NCBI GenBank assembly: GCA_019828565.1
Contig: JAHDYR010000025.1
Span: 62,001-126,000, forward strand
DNA: 64,000 nucleotides
Direction: 5' to 3'
Origin: Carpediemonas membranifera BICM
Taxonomy: Eukaryota > Protista > Fornicata
The translations under genes were made by a program, and so were the position numbers. The number at the start of each line of letters is the position of its first letter. The stretch's first letter is position 1. This document shows, piece by piece, positions 1-10,779 of this stretch. Under the pieces are notes generated by a model. The model was not told the origin of the DNA. It worked only from the letters and a program-made list of their open reading frames with translations, and made no database searches.

Positions 1-2
1 TC

Positions 3-281
3 AGGACGAAGGGCAAGAAGGACTACTGTCCCGCGTGCTATATTACCGGCTCTAGCAACAAGTGCCAGGCGTGCAAAAAGGGCCTAAGATCCAAGAACAC
101 GAAGAAAGCAGAAGAACAGGCTTCTACTCTTCTTTGCTGCCGAGGCTGTCACTGGTGGTACTGTGAGCATTGCTCTGAGGAAGTGCAGTACACCATTGAT
201 GGCAAGTTGTACATCGTTCCCCTCTGCAGCAAATGTAAGGTTGTCTATAAGCGAGTAGAGGGCATGAGACCGATTGTTTAG
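3..281 (+). CDS. 3' end of Cys-rich zinc-finger (PHD/FYVE-like) protein; cargo of transposon A, runs off window
   Basis: Manual translation of frame 3: ...DYCPAC..KCQAC..LCCRGCHWWYCEHC..PLCSKC..RPIV*, stop TAG 279-281. Cys spacing resembles the C-terminus of 23365-24495. Confidence 0.6.
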   Translation, partial: RTKGKKDYCPACYITGSSNKCQACKKGLRSKNTKKAEEQASTLLCCRGCHWWYCEHCSEEVQYTIDGKLYIVPLCSKCKVVYKRVEGMRPIV

Positions 282-324
282 TGTTTAGTGAGAGATGATC
301 ATAAATTGTATATATATCTGTTTA

Positions 325-1335
325 CTACACGTCTCTCTCAAGCGCACGGGTCATCATGCTTATGTATCGATCATTCATAAGTCTTCTCTGGTCGGTTCTT
401 AACGGGTCATACTCGTTGACATCAGAAACGATGTCTTGCATTTCAGGAAGAGGAATGGGCCGGGCATAGCTAGTCTCAGACATGATGACCCTGGCCTCGT
501 TGGGAAATGACAAGGAACCATTGGCTATAATCCGTCTTCCTGCTGAGCCAGGCGCGAAACGATAGCCAGAGAAGTACTTCGTCAGAAAGAAAAGAGGATT
601 GTCGAGGCATGTCACGCGGTAGAGCCAATAGGCGTCCTGGAGAACAAGCTCATGCGCCAGAACCTTCTCAGGAGTGAGGATAATGCATGTGTTCTTGTAC
701 TTGGCTGTCGAAATAGCACTGCACAGCTGAGACTCCTCAGATCTGTCGAGTCCGGAGCAGGTGGCAAAGTAAATCAGACGCACACGCGTCGATCTCACCA
801 AGGAAGGGCTCTCGAATGACCTGAGGATGAGCTGGACCAGATCATGGTGATACAGAAACTCGTTCGTAGACGTATCAATGATCATACGCGACGTTTCTGT
901 ATCAGAATGACCCGATATCACCCAGTAAGTGTCGAAGTTAGAGTACTGCGACGCCAACTCCTCAAGTACCTCGGCCAGATGGGACGTAGACTTAAAGGTG
1001 CGGGCAACGGCAGTCAGCCACTCATCATCAACGAGCTCTAGAGCCGTCTTGAGCTTGAAATGATAGCCAGATGAGTTGGCAAGACTTTCCACGCGGAAGA
1101 CGGGGTAGGGCTGAGTCGGGGTCTCGAAACCATGCAGCGGCTCGATGGTGATTAGCACCCGTCGGTTAATCAACTTCTCTGTTGTAAAAGGACACTCGTG
1201 AGAGGAAGAAGACTTGAAACCGATCCCGCGATGTCCACGCCTGAGCTGAACCTTACCACAGACACATTCAAAGACTTCTTGGTCCTTACTGATGCGTCGC
1301 GTGCCGAATTCTCCGTATTTCTCGTCCATTTGCAA
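325..1335 (-). CDS. Caspase-hemoglobinase-fold (CHAT-like) peptidase candidate; cargo of transposon A
   Basis: 336-aa ORF with WVISGHS and LIYFATCSG, resembling the His (xHFxGHG) and Cys (LVxLxAC) motifs of CHAT/caspase-like proteases. Start uncertain. Confidence 0.45.
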   Translation of the reverse strand: MQMDEKYGEFGTRRISKDQEVFECVCGKVQLRRGHRGIGFKSSSSHECPFTTEKLINRRVLITIEPLHGFETPTQPYPVFRVESLANSSGYHFKLKTALELVDDEWLTAVARTFKSTSHLAEVLEELASQYSNFDTYWVISGHSDTETSRMIIDTSTNEFLYHHDLVQLILRSFESPSLVRSTRVRLIYFATCSGLDRSEESQLCSAISTAKYKNTCIILTPEKVLAHELVLQDAYWLYRVTCLDNPLFFLTKYFSGYRFAPGSAGRRIIANGSLSFPNEARVIMSETSYARPIPLPEMQDIVSDVNEYDPLRTDQRRLMNDRYISMMTRALERDV

Positions 1336-1523
1336 TGTGCCATTTTTTTTTCATGAATGGCACATTTTGATTTGAAGCAAAGGACAAGCTTTTGATCCAA
1401 GTAAAGAGGTATACCTTCATTGCTACACTATTTATGCATGCTACTGCAGTATTGTTCGGATCTGATCAGCGATGCGCCTGTTCTTCGGATCGGGAGTTGC
1501 GAGAAAAAAAAGAGAACGAAGAT

Positions 1524-2525
1524 ATGGCGAGAAGAAAGATGCCCGCAAGGAAGCAGCAACCGGTAGGTAAGAGAAGGACTCAAAATCCACCCAACAAGAC
1601 TTTTTGAGTCATCTGCTTCTCCGCAGGATCAACGTCCTGCGGAAACGACTGTAACGGCAGCATCACCTCCTCCTCCGCCTCCCGAGTCGCCCGAGGATGG
1701 TAAGGAGCAAGATTCTCCTCCTCCTCCGCCTCCCGAGTCGCCTTCCCATTCATCCAGCTCGTCTGAAGCCGAGGAGGACTCCGTCGAGGGGTCCGTCATG
1801 CACGTCCACCCTAGGTGGACGCATGTTTACCCGGGTTCAGACCTGCAGGACGTCAAGCGGCTGATTTCGGATGAGATAAGCCTTCAGGCCATTCCTGCTC
1901 CGGCCTGGATCTCATCCGAGACCCGTTGCGACCCCCGTCTGACCCAGGAGCCCGACCATCCGGCCCTCAATCGGACGCAGAGCGTCGGCCGAGGCATGAT
2001 TGCCACTGAGGATATCTCAGCTGGCACATGTCTCGGCATATACTTCGGGAAGCTGATTCCCGATGCTGAGACGGCCAGCAACAACGGCCAGATGGTGTTT
2101 GTTTCGCATATTCCATTACCATTACACAGCATGTCATTCGCTGACAGTCAGGTCGCCGTCGATGCCATGTCGGCCGCAGCGGGTGTCCACCTGATTAACC
2201 AAGGCCTGACGATGTCAACTGTGAGTTCGTGGACGTCTTGGTGGATGGCCTGCCAGTGATATCGGTCAGGGCCACTGCCAACATCGTTCGCGGCGAGTTC
2301 TTGCGCATCGATTATGGCGAGACCTACTTTGAGGCCGATGAAGAGGAGCACCCGGTTGCTCGCTTCAAGAGTCTCGCCATAGATGACCCTCACTACCTCG
2401 CTCGAAAGGTGGAGCAGTTCAAAATACTGCAGGTCAAGCCGCAGCCCCGCAAGCGGAAGACCAAGTCCAACCCCGCCCGTAAGCGCTTCCACACTGCGCG
2501 CATGACTCAAGGCAAGAGTGAATAA
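1524..2525 (+). CDS. SET-domain lysine methyltransferase with Pro/Ser-rich N-terminus; intron 1563-1626; frameshift near 2200
   Basis: GRGMIATEDISAGTCLGIYFG, HLIN(H), ANIVRGEFLRIDYGETYF are SET motifs. A phase-0 GTAGGT...CCGCAG intron removes the in-frame TGA at 1605-1607. The mirror copy is open across the 2200 frameshift. Confidence 0.8.
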
Positions 2526-2555
2526 ACTTGAAGAGATATCAATTCAATCAATCAT

Positions 2556-3366
2556 TTATGAGCGGGTGACATCCTCCGGACGAGTAGCACGCTTCTCGGG
2601 CTCTGCGGCAGCTGCCTTGCGCTTGCGGTCCGGAAGACTGTAGACACAGGCATGACGATTCTCGATGACGATGAACTGAGTGAGCTTCATGCTCTCACAA
2701 AGACCTAAGATCTTGTCCAGCGTCGCATCCTGGATGGGCAAGAACTCTGAATCTTCCCAACCTTTGTGGACCCAGAGGCAGGTAAGGTCCTCGTCGATCT
2801 GGGTGATGATTACCGGAGTGTGACTCAGCTCTACACTGGCCTGGATGGCCTCATGGTCTGCCCAGGGGAAAGGGGAGCCAGGCATCTCAGAGAACGGGTC
2901 GCCCTCGAACCCCTTGCCCTCACAGAAGGATCGGATGTCCTCGTACAGCTGAAGCTTCTCACCAACAGTAGGCTGGGACCCAGTCCTGATGAGATGCATG
3001 GCGCTGAGAATGCATGAGCCATCCCCAGGCACCTCAGACCGCTTCAGAGAGCTTGTATCGTTCTTAAACTTCTTAGCGGTCTTCTCCATGATGGTCTGGA
3101 CGTCATCTTTGGGGTCTGCGGCCACCAAAGCCTCCCGATCCAGGTCTATGACCTCAGCCTCCTTCTTCAAGGGCACAAGCTTCTCCGTCTCGAGCTTTTC
3201 AATCTTGGCCCGGGCTCGCCAAAGCTCCCTCTTCAAATCACGGATCGCACCGTTGTGTTCCACGGCAAGATGGCGGCGCAGGAGGCGCGATGTGCCACTC
3301 AGGGTACTTCTGTGGACGGGAGAGTCCATCAGAAGCGCGTCCAGGTGCCTTATCCGGTCGAACTGC
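2556..3366 (-). pseudogene. OTU-like cysteine protease, 5'-truncated by a deletion in the left arm
   Basis: EVPGDGSCILSAM ... ENRHACVY. Identical to 11343-12153 but lacks the upstream exons. Confidence 0.65.
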
Positions 3367-3448
3367 GTATACCCGTTTACGCGAGCCTCCTGCTCTTCCA
3401 CGCAGCTAACGTCAACTCAAATGAGTAATAAATCGACTGCTTCTTCAT

Positions 3449-4449
3449 TTAATCTTCATTCTCTTCCTCATCTTCCTTCTCAGACAGCAGATGGTACCAC
3501 TCTTCCTCGAAATAGTTCTCTTTCTGGTAATCCTTACGCATCTTTGATCTCTTATCCACGATCTTTTGGACCAAATCCCTTCGGTTGCTGTCGTAAAGGG
3601 CGATGATTATCTCACGTTGCTTCTTGCGCGTCGGGTGCGGGGTAACACTCTTCCTCAGACGCTTAATGTAGCGGTTGAGCTTGTCCGAGGGCTTGGTGGG
3701 CAGGGTGGGTTGGGTGGCTTGGGTTCTCTTTGGGGGAGGCTGGACCTGGTCCACAGAAGTGAAAGCCGTACCGTAGTCGACGGACGGGGAGCCCTCCAGG
3801 ACTTCATGGCATATCCATGGCAAGCAACGAGACTCTCACCGAGCTTCGTCCACTTGTTCGGGCCGTATGTTGCCTCCATGGTCACCAGTTTCGCATCATC
3901 CAGGTACTCCATCGTGGACTTTTGCTTGGAGATGGACATCCCCATACGCTGGTAGGCTGGCACAAGAGAACTTACACACTGCAGGCGGATCCTCTGTCCG
4001 GCAGAGGCAACCGAAAGAAGAATCGTGGCGAGACCATTGCCCCTGGCATAGAATGCCGTGCGAATAACCACAACATATAAGTCCTGGCGCAGCTCGGAAG
4101 GGGTTTCATCAGTAGCTTCGGTGTTGTATGACTCCTTCGTGAGCAACAAGGCCGAAATGATGGAATCAGTCTTGCAGTCACGAATCGCAACCAATCTGGG
4201 TAAATACCTGGGCAACACTGGGTGAACAAACATGAAGAAGCGATGATCGATGTCATCAACTCCTCTCGTGGCAACGTCCTGCTTAAAAAACGTACGGACA
4301 CTGGGGATGATGTCTGACTTATCAGAAAGTCTTACGTACTGTATATAAGCCTTATGGGCTGCAAGAGTATCCTCTGTCCAAGATTCTTTCCCCGTTTGGT
4401 TCATTTTCACAAACTTTTTGTGAAACCTGCGAAATGTGAAATGTGCCAT
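3449..4449 (-). CDS. GNAT acetyltransferase, left-arm copy (1-nt frameshift near 3790)
   Basis: YVVVIRTAFYARGNGLATILL (acetyl-CoA motif A) and PAYQRMG (motif B); ORFs 3655-4449 plus 3449-3823. Confidence 0.75.
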
Positions 4450-4531
4450 TCATGAAAAAAAGTGGCACATATGAAAAATGAATGAATTTATCACGGAACC
4501 ATCTTACATCACTTTATATCACGCGGATGCC

Positions 4532-6037
4532 TCAATTCTGTCTGCTACACTCTCCACACAGGCAGCAAACTAACTCTATGCCATGGTCCGCCAGACTGCA
4601 TGACATCGTGCCCTCCTCACCCCACGTCAGCGTCGTATGCTCTTCTACAAACTCCCACACTTCATCAACAGTCTCCTGAAAGGTCTGGATCATCTCACGA
4701 GTTGGCTCGAAGGTCACGGTGGTCAGTGTGCGGACACCAAACCAATGCTTCGCATCCTTACAGCAGTCGTGAACTCGCACACACTTGAGTCGCTGGAGCT
4801 GGGGGACAGAGTAGTCCTGCCGACCAAAAGAACGCATGCCCGTCAGGAAGGAACACGCGAGAGTTGTCTGCTCGATCAAGCAAATGCCCTCAAGGACTGC
4901 CTTCCTGTGCAACTTGGCTGCTACCTCCTGGTTCTTGATGAACTCTCGCTCAAAGTACTCCTCTAGGATATAGAACAGCGGCACCTTGAGATGCTTGTGG
5001 CACAGGGGCTGCGTCGTGAGTCTGCTGATGCTGTAGAGGTTCTCAGCGCACGGTTTCTCCTTCGTCTTCGCTTCGCTGCTTGATATCAGGGATATGGAAG
5101 TCTTATCCTTGTTAGGAATGAACGCAATCGTGACGTGAATGAGGTGGGCCACTGCGGCAGCCATGAAGTGAAACGCGACAGCCGCGTCAGTCACAGGTTC
5201 GGACGAGTAGTACATGGCCTGGAGGTAGCCAATGAGCCGAATGATATCTTGAATGCACTCAGGGAGAGCAACGTAGTCCTCTTGGGTCGTGGCAGCCATC
5301 CTTACACGTGCGGACGACTGCTCGTTACAACCTACGGTCCTATCGATGCTTCGCATGGACGACATACGGCCAAGCTTGAGGTTGAGGAGCTTATTCTGGA
5401 TGATCTCCTCGCGGGACCCGCGGGTGGTGGGATGCTTCTTGAAAGAACCACAGATATGGGCAACCTGCTCGAGTAAACGGTGCGAGTCGTGCATGAATGG
5501 AGGGCATATGACGATCTTCTCAAGAGGGATGACACTACAATTCTCGAATACCATGCGTTCATTGGTGAAATCGCCATAGATTGCAAGTACATCTTGAACT
5601 CGGTTCGGGTCGTCGACTTCAGCCTGGTATGCTGTCTTATCGTCCAGGTTGTCCTTGATGGTGAGACGATGGCGGCCTGCTATCGGGTGGAGCGCCTTAC
5701 TTTTGTGGTAAATCGTGTTGCAAGGGTGTGGATAGTTGGGCCGGCCCGACTTTCTGGACAGCATGTGGCGGAGGGCGGCATGATCGCCCATGACGATGAC
5801 ATGGTCGAAGATCGTGACCTCACCAGTGTCTCTGATGGGTATCTGACTCGTGTATAGGCGCTCAATCTCCTTCTCGACGCGAGAAAGAGACTCTTCCATC
5901 AACAAATCACCCTCGCTACCCATATACTCGACTATACGGAAAGGTGGAGTAATCTTGTTGGGGAATGTGAAGCCTGTGGGGTCGTAGATGCGGAGCTTGA
6001 AGGCAGCAGAACCCCCTTTCCACCCGTCAAGCCATAG
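4532..6037 (-). CDS. RAG1/Transib/Chapaev-like DDE transposase A (catalytic core; N-terminus not identified)
   Basis: Frame is open upstream of the ATG to LWLDGWK (D1), then VMGDHAAL (D2), CPPFMH and LEEYFEREF (E). Collinear with 37090-39456. Confidence 0.65.
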   Translation of the reverse strand, partial: LWLDGWKGGSAAFKLRIYDPTGFTFPNKITPPFRIVEYMGSEGDLLMEESLSRVEKEIERLYTSQIPIRDTGEVTIFDHVIVMGDHAALRHMLSRKSGRPNYPHPCNTIYHKSKALHPIAGRHRLTIKDNLDDKTAYQAEVDDPNRVQDVLAIYGDFTNERMVFENCSVIPLEKIVICPPFMHDSHRLLEQVAHICGSFKKHPTTRGSREEIIQNKLLNLKLGRMSSMRSIDRTVGCNEQSSARVRMAATTQEDYVALPECIQDIIRLIGYLQAMYYSSEPVTDAAVAFHFMAAAVAHLIHVTIAFIPNKDKTSISLISSSEAKTKEKPCAENLYSISRLTTQPLCHKHLKVPLFYILEEYFEREFIKNQEVAAKLHRKAVLEGICLIEQTTLACSFLTGMRSFGRQDYSVPQLQRLKCVRVHDCCKDAKHWFGVRTLTTVTFEPTREMIQTFQETVDEVWEFVEEHTTLTWGEEGTMSCSLADHGIELVCCLCGECSRQN

Positions 6038-6782
6038 TCATACTGTGAAAGTCGGCAGATAATCTACGATTTTTTTCTAGATAATCTAGGGCCTAAAAAC
6101 CCTAGATTATCTATTTCTTCCGGACCGAAAATGAAGTATTCATTGAATTTAAACAATTTACGGGAAAATGAATACCTTCATTGCATACTAAAGCGCGTAT
6201 GCAGAGAGCCTGCAAGAGGTCCAGTGCGGTCTAACCACTGATTTCGACTTCTTTGCGACGCAGGTTAAGGCAAAAGGATGAAACGAGCAATATCTCAAAA
6301 TTGACACGTTGGAATCGGTACCAGAGTGATTTTGCAGACTGCTGACGGGATGTACATATGCGCAAAATCACTCTGGTACCGATTCCAACGTGTAGATTTC
6401 GAGATATGGTCGTTTTTTCGTTTTTCGACTTGATCAGAGTCAAATTCGCGAAAGAGAAGGCATATGTACATCCCGTCAGCAGTCTGCAAAATCACTCTGG
6501 TACCGATTCCAACGTGTCAATTTTGAGATATTGCTCGTTTCATCCTTTTGCCTTAACCTGCGTCGCAAAGAAGTCGAAATCAGTGGTTAGACCGCACTGG
6601 ACCTCTTGCAGGCTCTCTGCATACGCGCTTTAGTATGCAATGAAGGTATTCATTTTCCCGTAAATTGTTTAAATTCAATGAATACTTCATTTTCGGTCCG
6701 GAAGAAATAGATAATCTAGGGTTTTTAGGCCCTAGATTATCTAGAAAAAATCGTAGATTATCTGCCGACTTTCACAGTATGA

Positions 6783-8287
6783 CTATGGCTTGACGGGTGG
6801 AAAGGGGGTTCTGCTGCCTTCAAGCTCCGCATCTACGACCCCACAGGCTTCACATTCCCCAACAAGATTACTCCACCTTTCCGTATAGTCGAGTATATGG
6901 GTAGCGAGGGTGATTTGTTGATGGAAGAGTCTCTTTCTCGCGTCGAGAAGGAGATTGAGCGCCTATACACGAGTCAGATACCCATCAGAGACACTGGTGA
7001 GGTCACGATCTTCGACCATGTCATCGTCATGGGCGATCATGCCGCCCTCCGCCACATGCTGTCCAGAAAGTCGGGCCGGCCCAACTATCCACACCCTTGC
7101 AACACGATTTACCACAAAAGTAAGGCGCTCCACCCGATAGCAGGCCGCCATCGTCTCACCATCAAGGACAACCTGGACGATAAGACAGCATACCAGGCTG
7201 AAGTCGACGACCCGAACCGAGTTCAAGATGTACTTGCAATCTATGGCGATTTCACCAATGAACGCATGGTGTTCGAGAATTGTAGTGTCATCCCTCTTGA
7301 GAAGATCGTCATATGCCCTCCATTCATGCACGACTCGCACCGTTTACTCGAGCAGGTTGCCCATATCTGTGGTTCTTTCAAGAAGCATCCCACCACCCGC
7401 GGGTCCCGCGAGGAGATCATCCAGAATAAGCTCCTCAACCTCAAGCTTGGCCGTATGTCGTCCATGCGAAGCATCGATAGGACCGTAGGTTGTAACGAGC
7501 AGTCGTCCGCACGTGTAAGGATGGCTGCCACGACCAAGAGGACTACGTTGCTCTCCCTGAGTGCATTCAAGATATCATTCGGCTCATTGGCTACCTCCAG
7601 GCCATGTACTACTCGTCCGAACCTGTGACTGACGCGGCTGTCGCGTTTCACTTCATGGCTGCCGCAGTGGCCCACCTCATTCACGTCACGATTGCGTTCA
7701 TTCCTAACAAGGATAAGACTTCCATATCCCTGCTATCAAGCAGCGAAGCGAAGACGAAGGAGAAACCGTGCGCTGAGAACCTCTACAGCATCAGCAGACT
7801 CACGACGCAGCCCCTGTGCCACAAGCATCTCAAGGTGCCGCTGTTCTATATCCTAGAGGAGTACTTTGAGCGAGAGTTCATCAAGAACCAGGAGGTAGCA
7901 GCCAAGTTGCACAGGAAGGCAGTCCTTGAGGGCATTTGCTTGATCGAGCAGACAACTCTCGCGTGTTCCTTCCTGACGGGCATGCGTTCTTTTGGTCGGC
8001 AGGACTACTCTGTCCCCCAGCTCCAGCGACTCAAGTGTGTGCGAGTTCACGACTGCTGTAAGGATGCGAAGCATTGGTTTGGTGTCCGCACACTGACCAC
8101 CGTGACCTTCGAGCCAACTCGTGAGATGATCCAGACCTTTCAGGAGACTGTTGATGAAGTGTGGGAGTTTGTAGAAGAGCATACGACGCTGACGTGGGGT
8201 GAGGAGGGCACGATGTCATGCAGTCTGGCGGACCATGGCATAGAGTTAGTTTGCTGCCTGTGTGGAGAGTGTAGCAGACAGAATTGA
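6783..8287 (+). CDS. Transposase A, right-arm copy (1-nt frameshift near 7535)
   Basis: ORFs 6897-7628 plus 7604-8287 mirror 4532-5923. Confidence 0.65.
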
Positions 8288-8369
8288 GGCATCCGCGTGA
8301 TATAAAGTGATGTAAGATGGTTCCGTGATAAATTCATTCATTTTTCATATGTGCCACTTTTTTTTCATG

Positions 8370-9372
8370 AATGGCACATTTCACATTTCGCAGGTTTCAC
8401 AAAAGTTTGTGAAAATGAACCAAACGGGGAAAGAATCTTGGACAGAGGATACTCTTGCAGCCCATAAGGCTTATATACAGTACGTAAGACTTTCTGATAA
8501 GTCAGACATCATCCCCAGTGTCCGTACGTTTTTTTAAGCAGGACGTTGCCACGAGAGGAGTTGATGACATCGATCATCGCTTCTTCATGTTTGTTCACCC
8601 AGTGTTGCCCAGGTATTTACCCAGATTGGTTGCGATTCGTGACTGCAAGACTGATTCCATCATTTCGGCCTTGTTGCTCACGAAGGAGTCATACAACACC
8701 GAAGCTACTGATGAAACCCCTTCCGAGCTGCGCCAGGACTTATATGTTGTGGTTATTCGCACGGCATTCTATGCCAGGGGCAATGGTCTCGCCACGATTC
8801 TTCTTTCGGTTGCCTCTGCCGGACAGAGGATCCGCCTGCAGTGTGTAAGTTCTCTTGTGCCAGCCTACCAGCGTATGGGGATGTCCATCTCCAAGCAAAA
8901 GTCCACGATGGAGTACCTGGATGATGCGAAACTGGTGACCATGGAGGCAACATACGGCCCGAACAAGTGGACGAAGCTCGGTGAGAGTCTCGTTGCTTGC
9001 CATGGATATGCCATGAAGTCCTGGAGGGCTCCCCCGTCCGTCGACTACGGTACGGCTTTCACTTCTGTGGACCAGGTCCAGCCTCCCCCAAAGAGAACCC
9101 AAGCCACCCAACCCACCCTGCCCACCAAGCCCTCGGACAAGCTCAACCGCTACATTAAGCGTCTGAGGAAGAGTGTTACCCCGCACCCGACGCGCAAGAA
9201 GCAACGTGAGATAATCATCGCCCTTTACGACAGCAACCGAAGGGATTTGGTCCAAAAGATCGTGGATAAGAGATCAAAGATGCGTAAGGATTACCAGAAA
9301 GAGAACTATTTCGAGGAAGAGTGGTACCATCTGCTGTCTGAGAAGGAAGATGAGGAAGAGAATGAAGATTAA
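8370..9372 (+). CDS. GNAT acetyltransferase, right-arm copy (frameshift in T-run near 8530)
   Basis: Mirror of 3449-4449; RGNGLA motif. Confidence 0.75.
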
Positions 9373-9392
9373 ATGAAGAAGCAGTCGATTTA

Positions 9393-10079
9393 TTACTCAT
9401 TTGAGTTGACGTTAGCTGCGTGGAAGAGCAGGAGGCTCGCGTAAACGGGTATACGCAGAACATCACGAGCCTCTGCAGCGGCACGGGCAGCGTTCCTCTT
9501 CTCAATCACAGCGGCGAGGTCCTTGAAGGTCTTCGAGTGCTTCTTGAGGACAAGCTGCGGACGCTCGAAGATGAGCTTAGAGTCCTTGCGGCACACACTC
9601 TCCAGAAGGACCTCTCTGACCTTGTCGACAGAGATACCAAGCCTCTGGGCGACGAAGGCGTAAGCGCGGGGGCGGACCGACTGAGGGATGCCGTGGAACA
9701 GCTCGCGGTACTCACGGACAGTTGCCAAGAGAGGGCTGCCATGGTCGACCTCATCTCCTTCGGCGTCCAGGCTGATGAGGGCCCTGAAGCGCTTCTCCTT
9801 GGCCTCAGAAGACTCGCCCTTGTACTGCGCCATGATCTGCTCAATGCTATCGAGAGAACGGAACTCCGCTTCATCCCTAAGATCCTCCGGAACGAATGTG
9901 GGGAGGTCATTGGGGCGTCTGTCAACCACCTCATTGCAAATGCGGTTTCCGGTGGCGACATCGGCAGCGGAGATGCTTCCAGCAGCGTGCTCCTTCTCTA
10001 AGTAAGTAGAAATCATTTCCACAGCGTTTAGACGCTTTCTGCCCTTGCTCTTAGCAGTATTACTCCGTTTCGGAGGCAT
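9393..10079 (-). CDS. Hypothetical protein with basic NLS-like N-terminus; cargo of transposon A
   Basis: 228-aa ORF starting MPPKRSNTAKSKGRKR; no recognisable domain. Confidence 0.6.
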   Translation of the reverse strand: MPPKRSNTAKSKGRKRLNAVEMISTYLEKEHAAGSISAADVATGNRICNEVVDRRPNDLPTFVPEDLRDEAEFRSLDSIEQIMAQYKGESSEAKEKRFRALISLDAEGDEVDHGSPLLATVREYRELFHGIPQSVRPRAYAFVAQRLGISVDKVREVLLESVCRKDSKLIFERPQLVLKKHSKTFKDLAAVIEKRNAARAAAEARDVLRIPVYASLLLFHAANVNSNE

Positions 10080-10609
10080 AACGTTTCTTCAAGGTGCACT
10101 TTATGCTCGCAACGAAATTAGAAAACCAAACGAAGAAAGGAGAAGAGTATCGATCCTCAAACGCTGGCAAGCATGTGTATATCACTAAAAACAACATCAT
10201 GAGAGCTCTGTGGCCTCGAATGGCCTGTAATAGAACCTAAACAACATCAACAATTGTAACTCGTCGAGGAAGCGTTGAGATGAACTATAAACGCGGGAAT
10301 GGATCAAACAATGGATTTAAGAGTGGCATACAAGGCCAGAATACCGCAATTATCGTCCGTTGATCCACGTGACCTCCATCTTGGTCGGTATCCAGAGAAA
10401 GCCCTTCAGACGCTCGCAACACAACATTTAGAAGACTTATCGTGAATGGCTCCTTCCATGATGGACCTTCACCTGGACATGCCATCTCTGACATGTCCAA
10501 TGGTCTCCATTGAGCTCGCATTCATCCCTCTGAGCATCCGCCCCATGGTCCAATCAGATGCCCAATCAAAATTCTGCACCGAAGTGCCCCGAGGACCTCC
10601 TCTGAGTTC

Positions 10610-10775
10610 ATAAGGCTCTCAGAGCCTTATACACCAATTCGAAATCGTGTATAAGGCTCTCAGAGCCTAATGAATCTCCCGCGCGCCGTTGCCTACTGAT
10701 ACTGGTCATTTTTCCGCATGGTTTATTAGGCTCTCAGAGCCTTATGAATTTTTCATTAGGTCCTGAGAGCCTTAT
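10610..10775. promoter_or_regulatory. Four copies of a 21-bp palindrome ATAAGGCTCT-C-AGAGCCTTAT between divergent genes
   Basis: Copies at 10610-10630, 10651-10671, 10725-10745 and 10755-10775 (last one degenerate). Regulatory role is inferred. Confidence 0.55.
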
Positions 10776-10779
10776 AATC

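Larger units (their letters stand above)
1616..6361. repeat. Left arm of giant inverted repeat (mirror of 6460-9458 plus 11343-13093)
   Basis: Mirror ORFs with near-identical translations; coordinate sums about 12821 (inner) and 14709 (outer). Confidence 0.97.

Noticed and set aside
6339-6482. Stand-alone MITE at the palindrome centre
   Set aside because: Flanks are inverted rather than a direct TSD, and the IR simply continues into the arms.
10610-10775. CRISPR-like array
   Set aside because: Irregular gaps (20, 53 and 9 bp), no cas genes, eukaryotic context.
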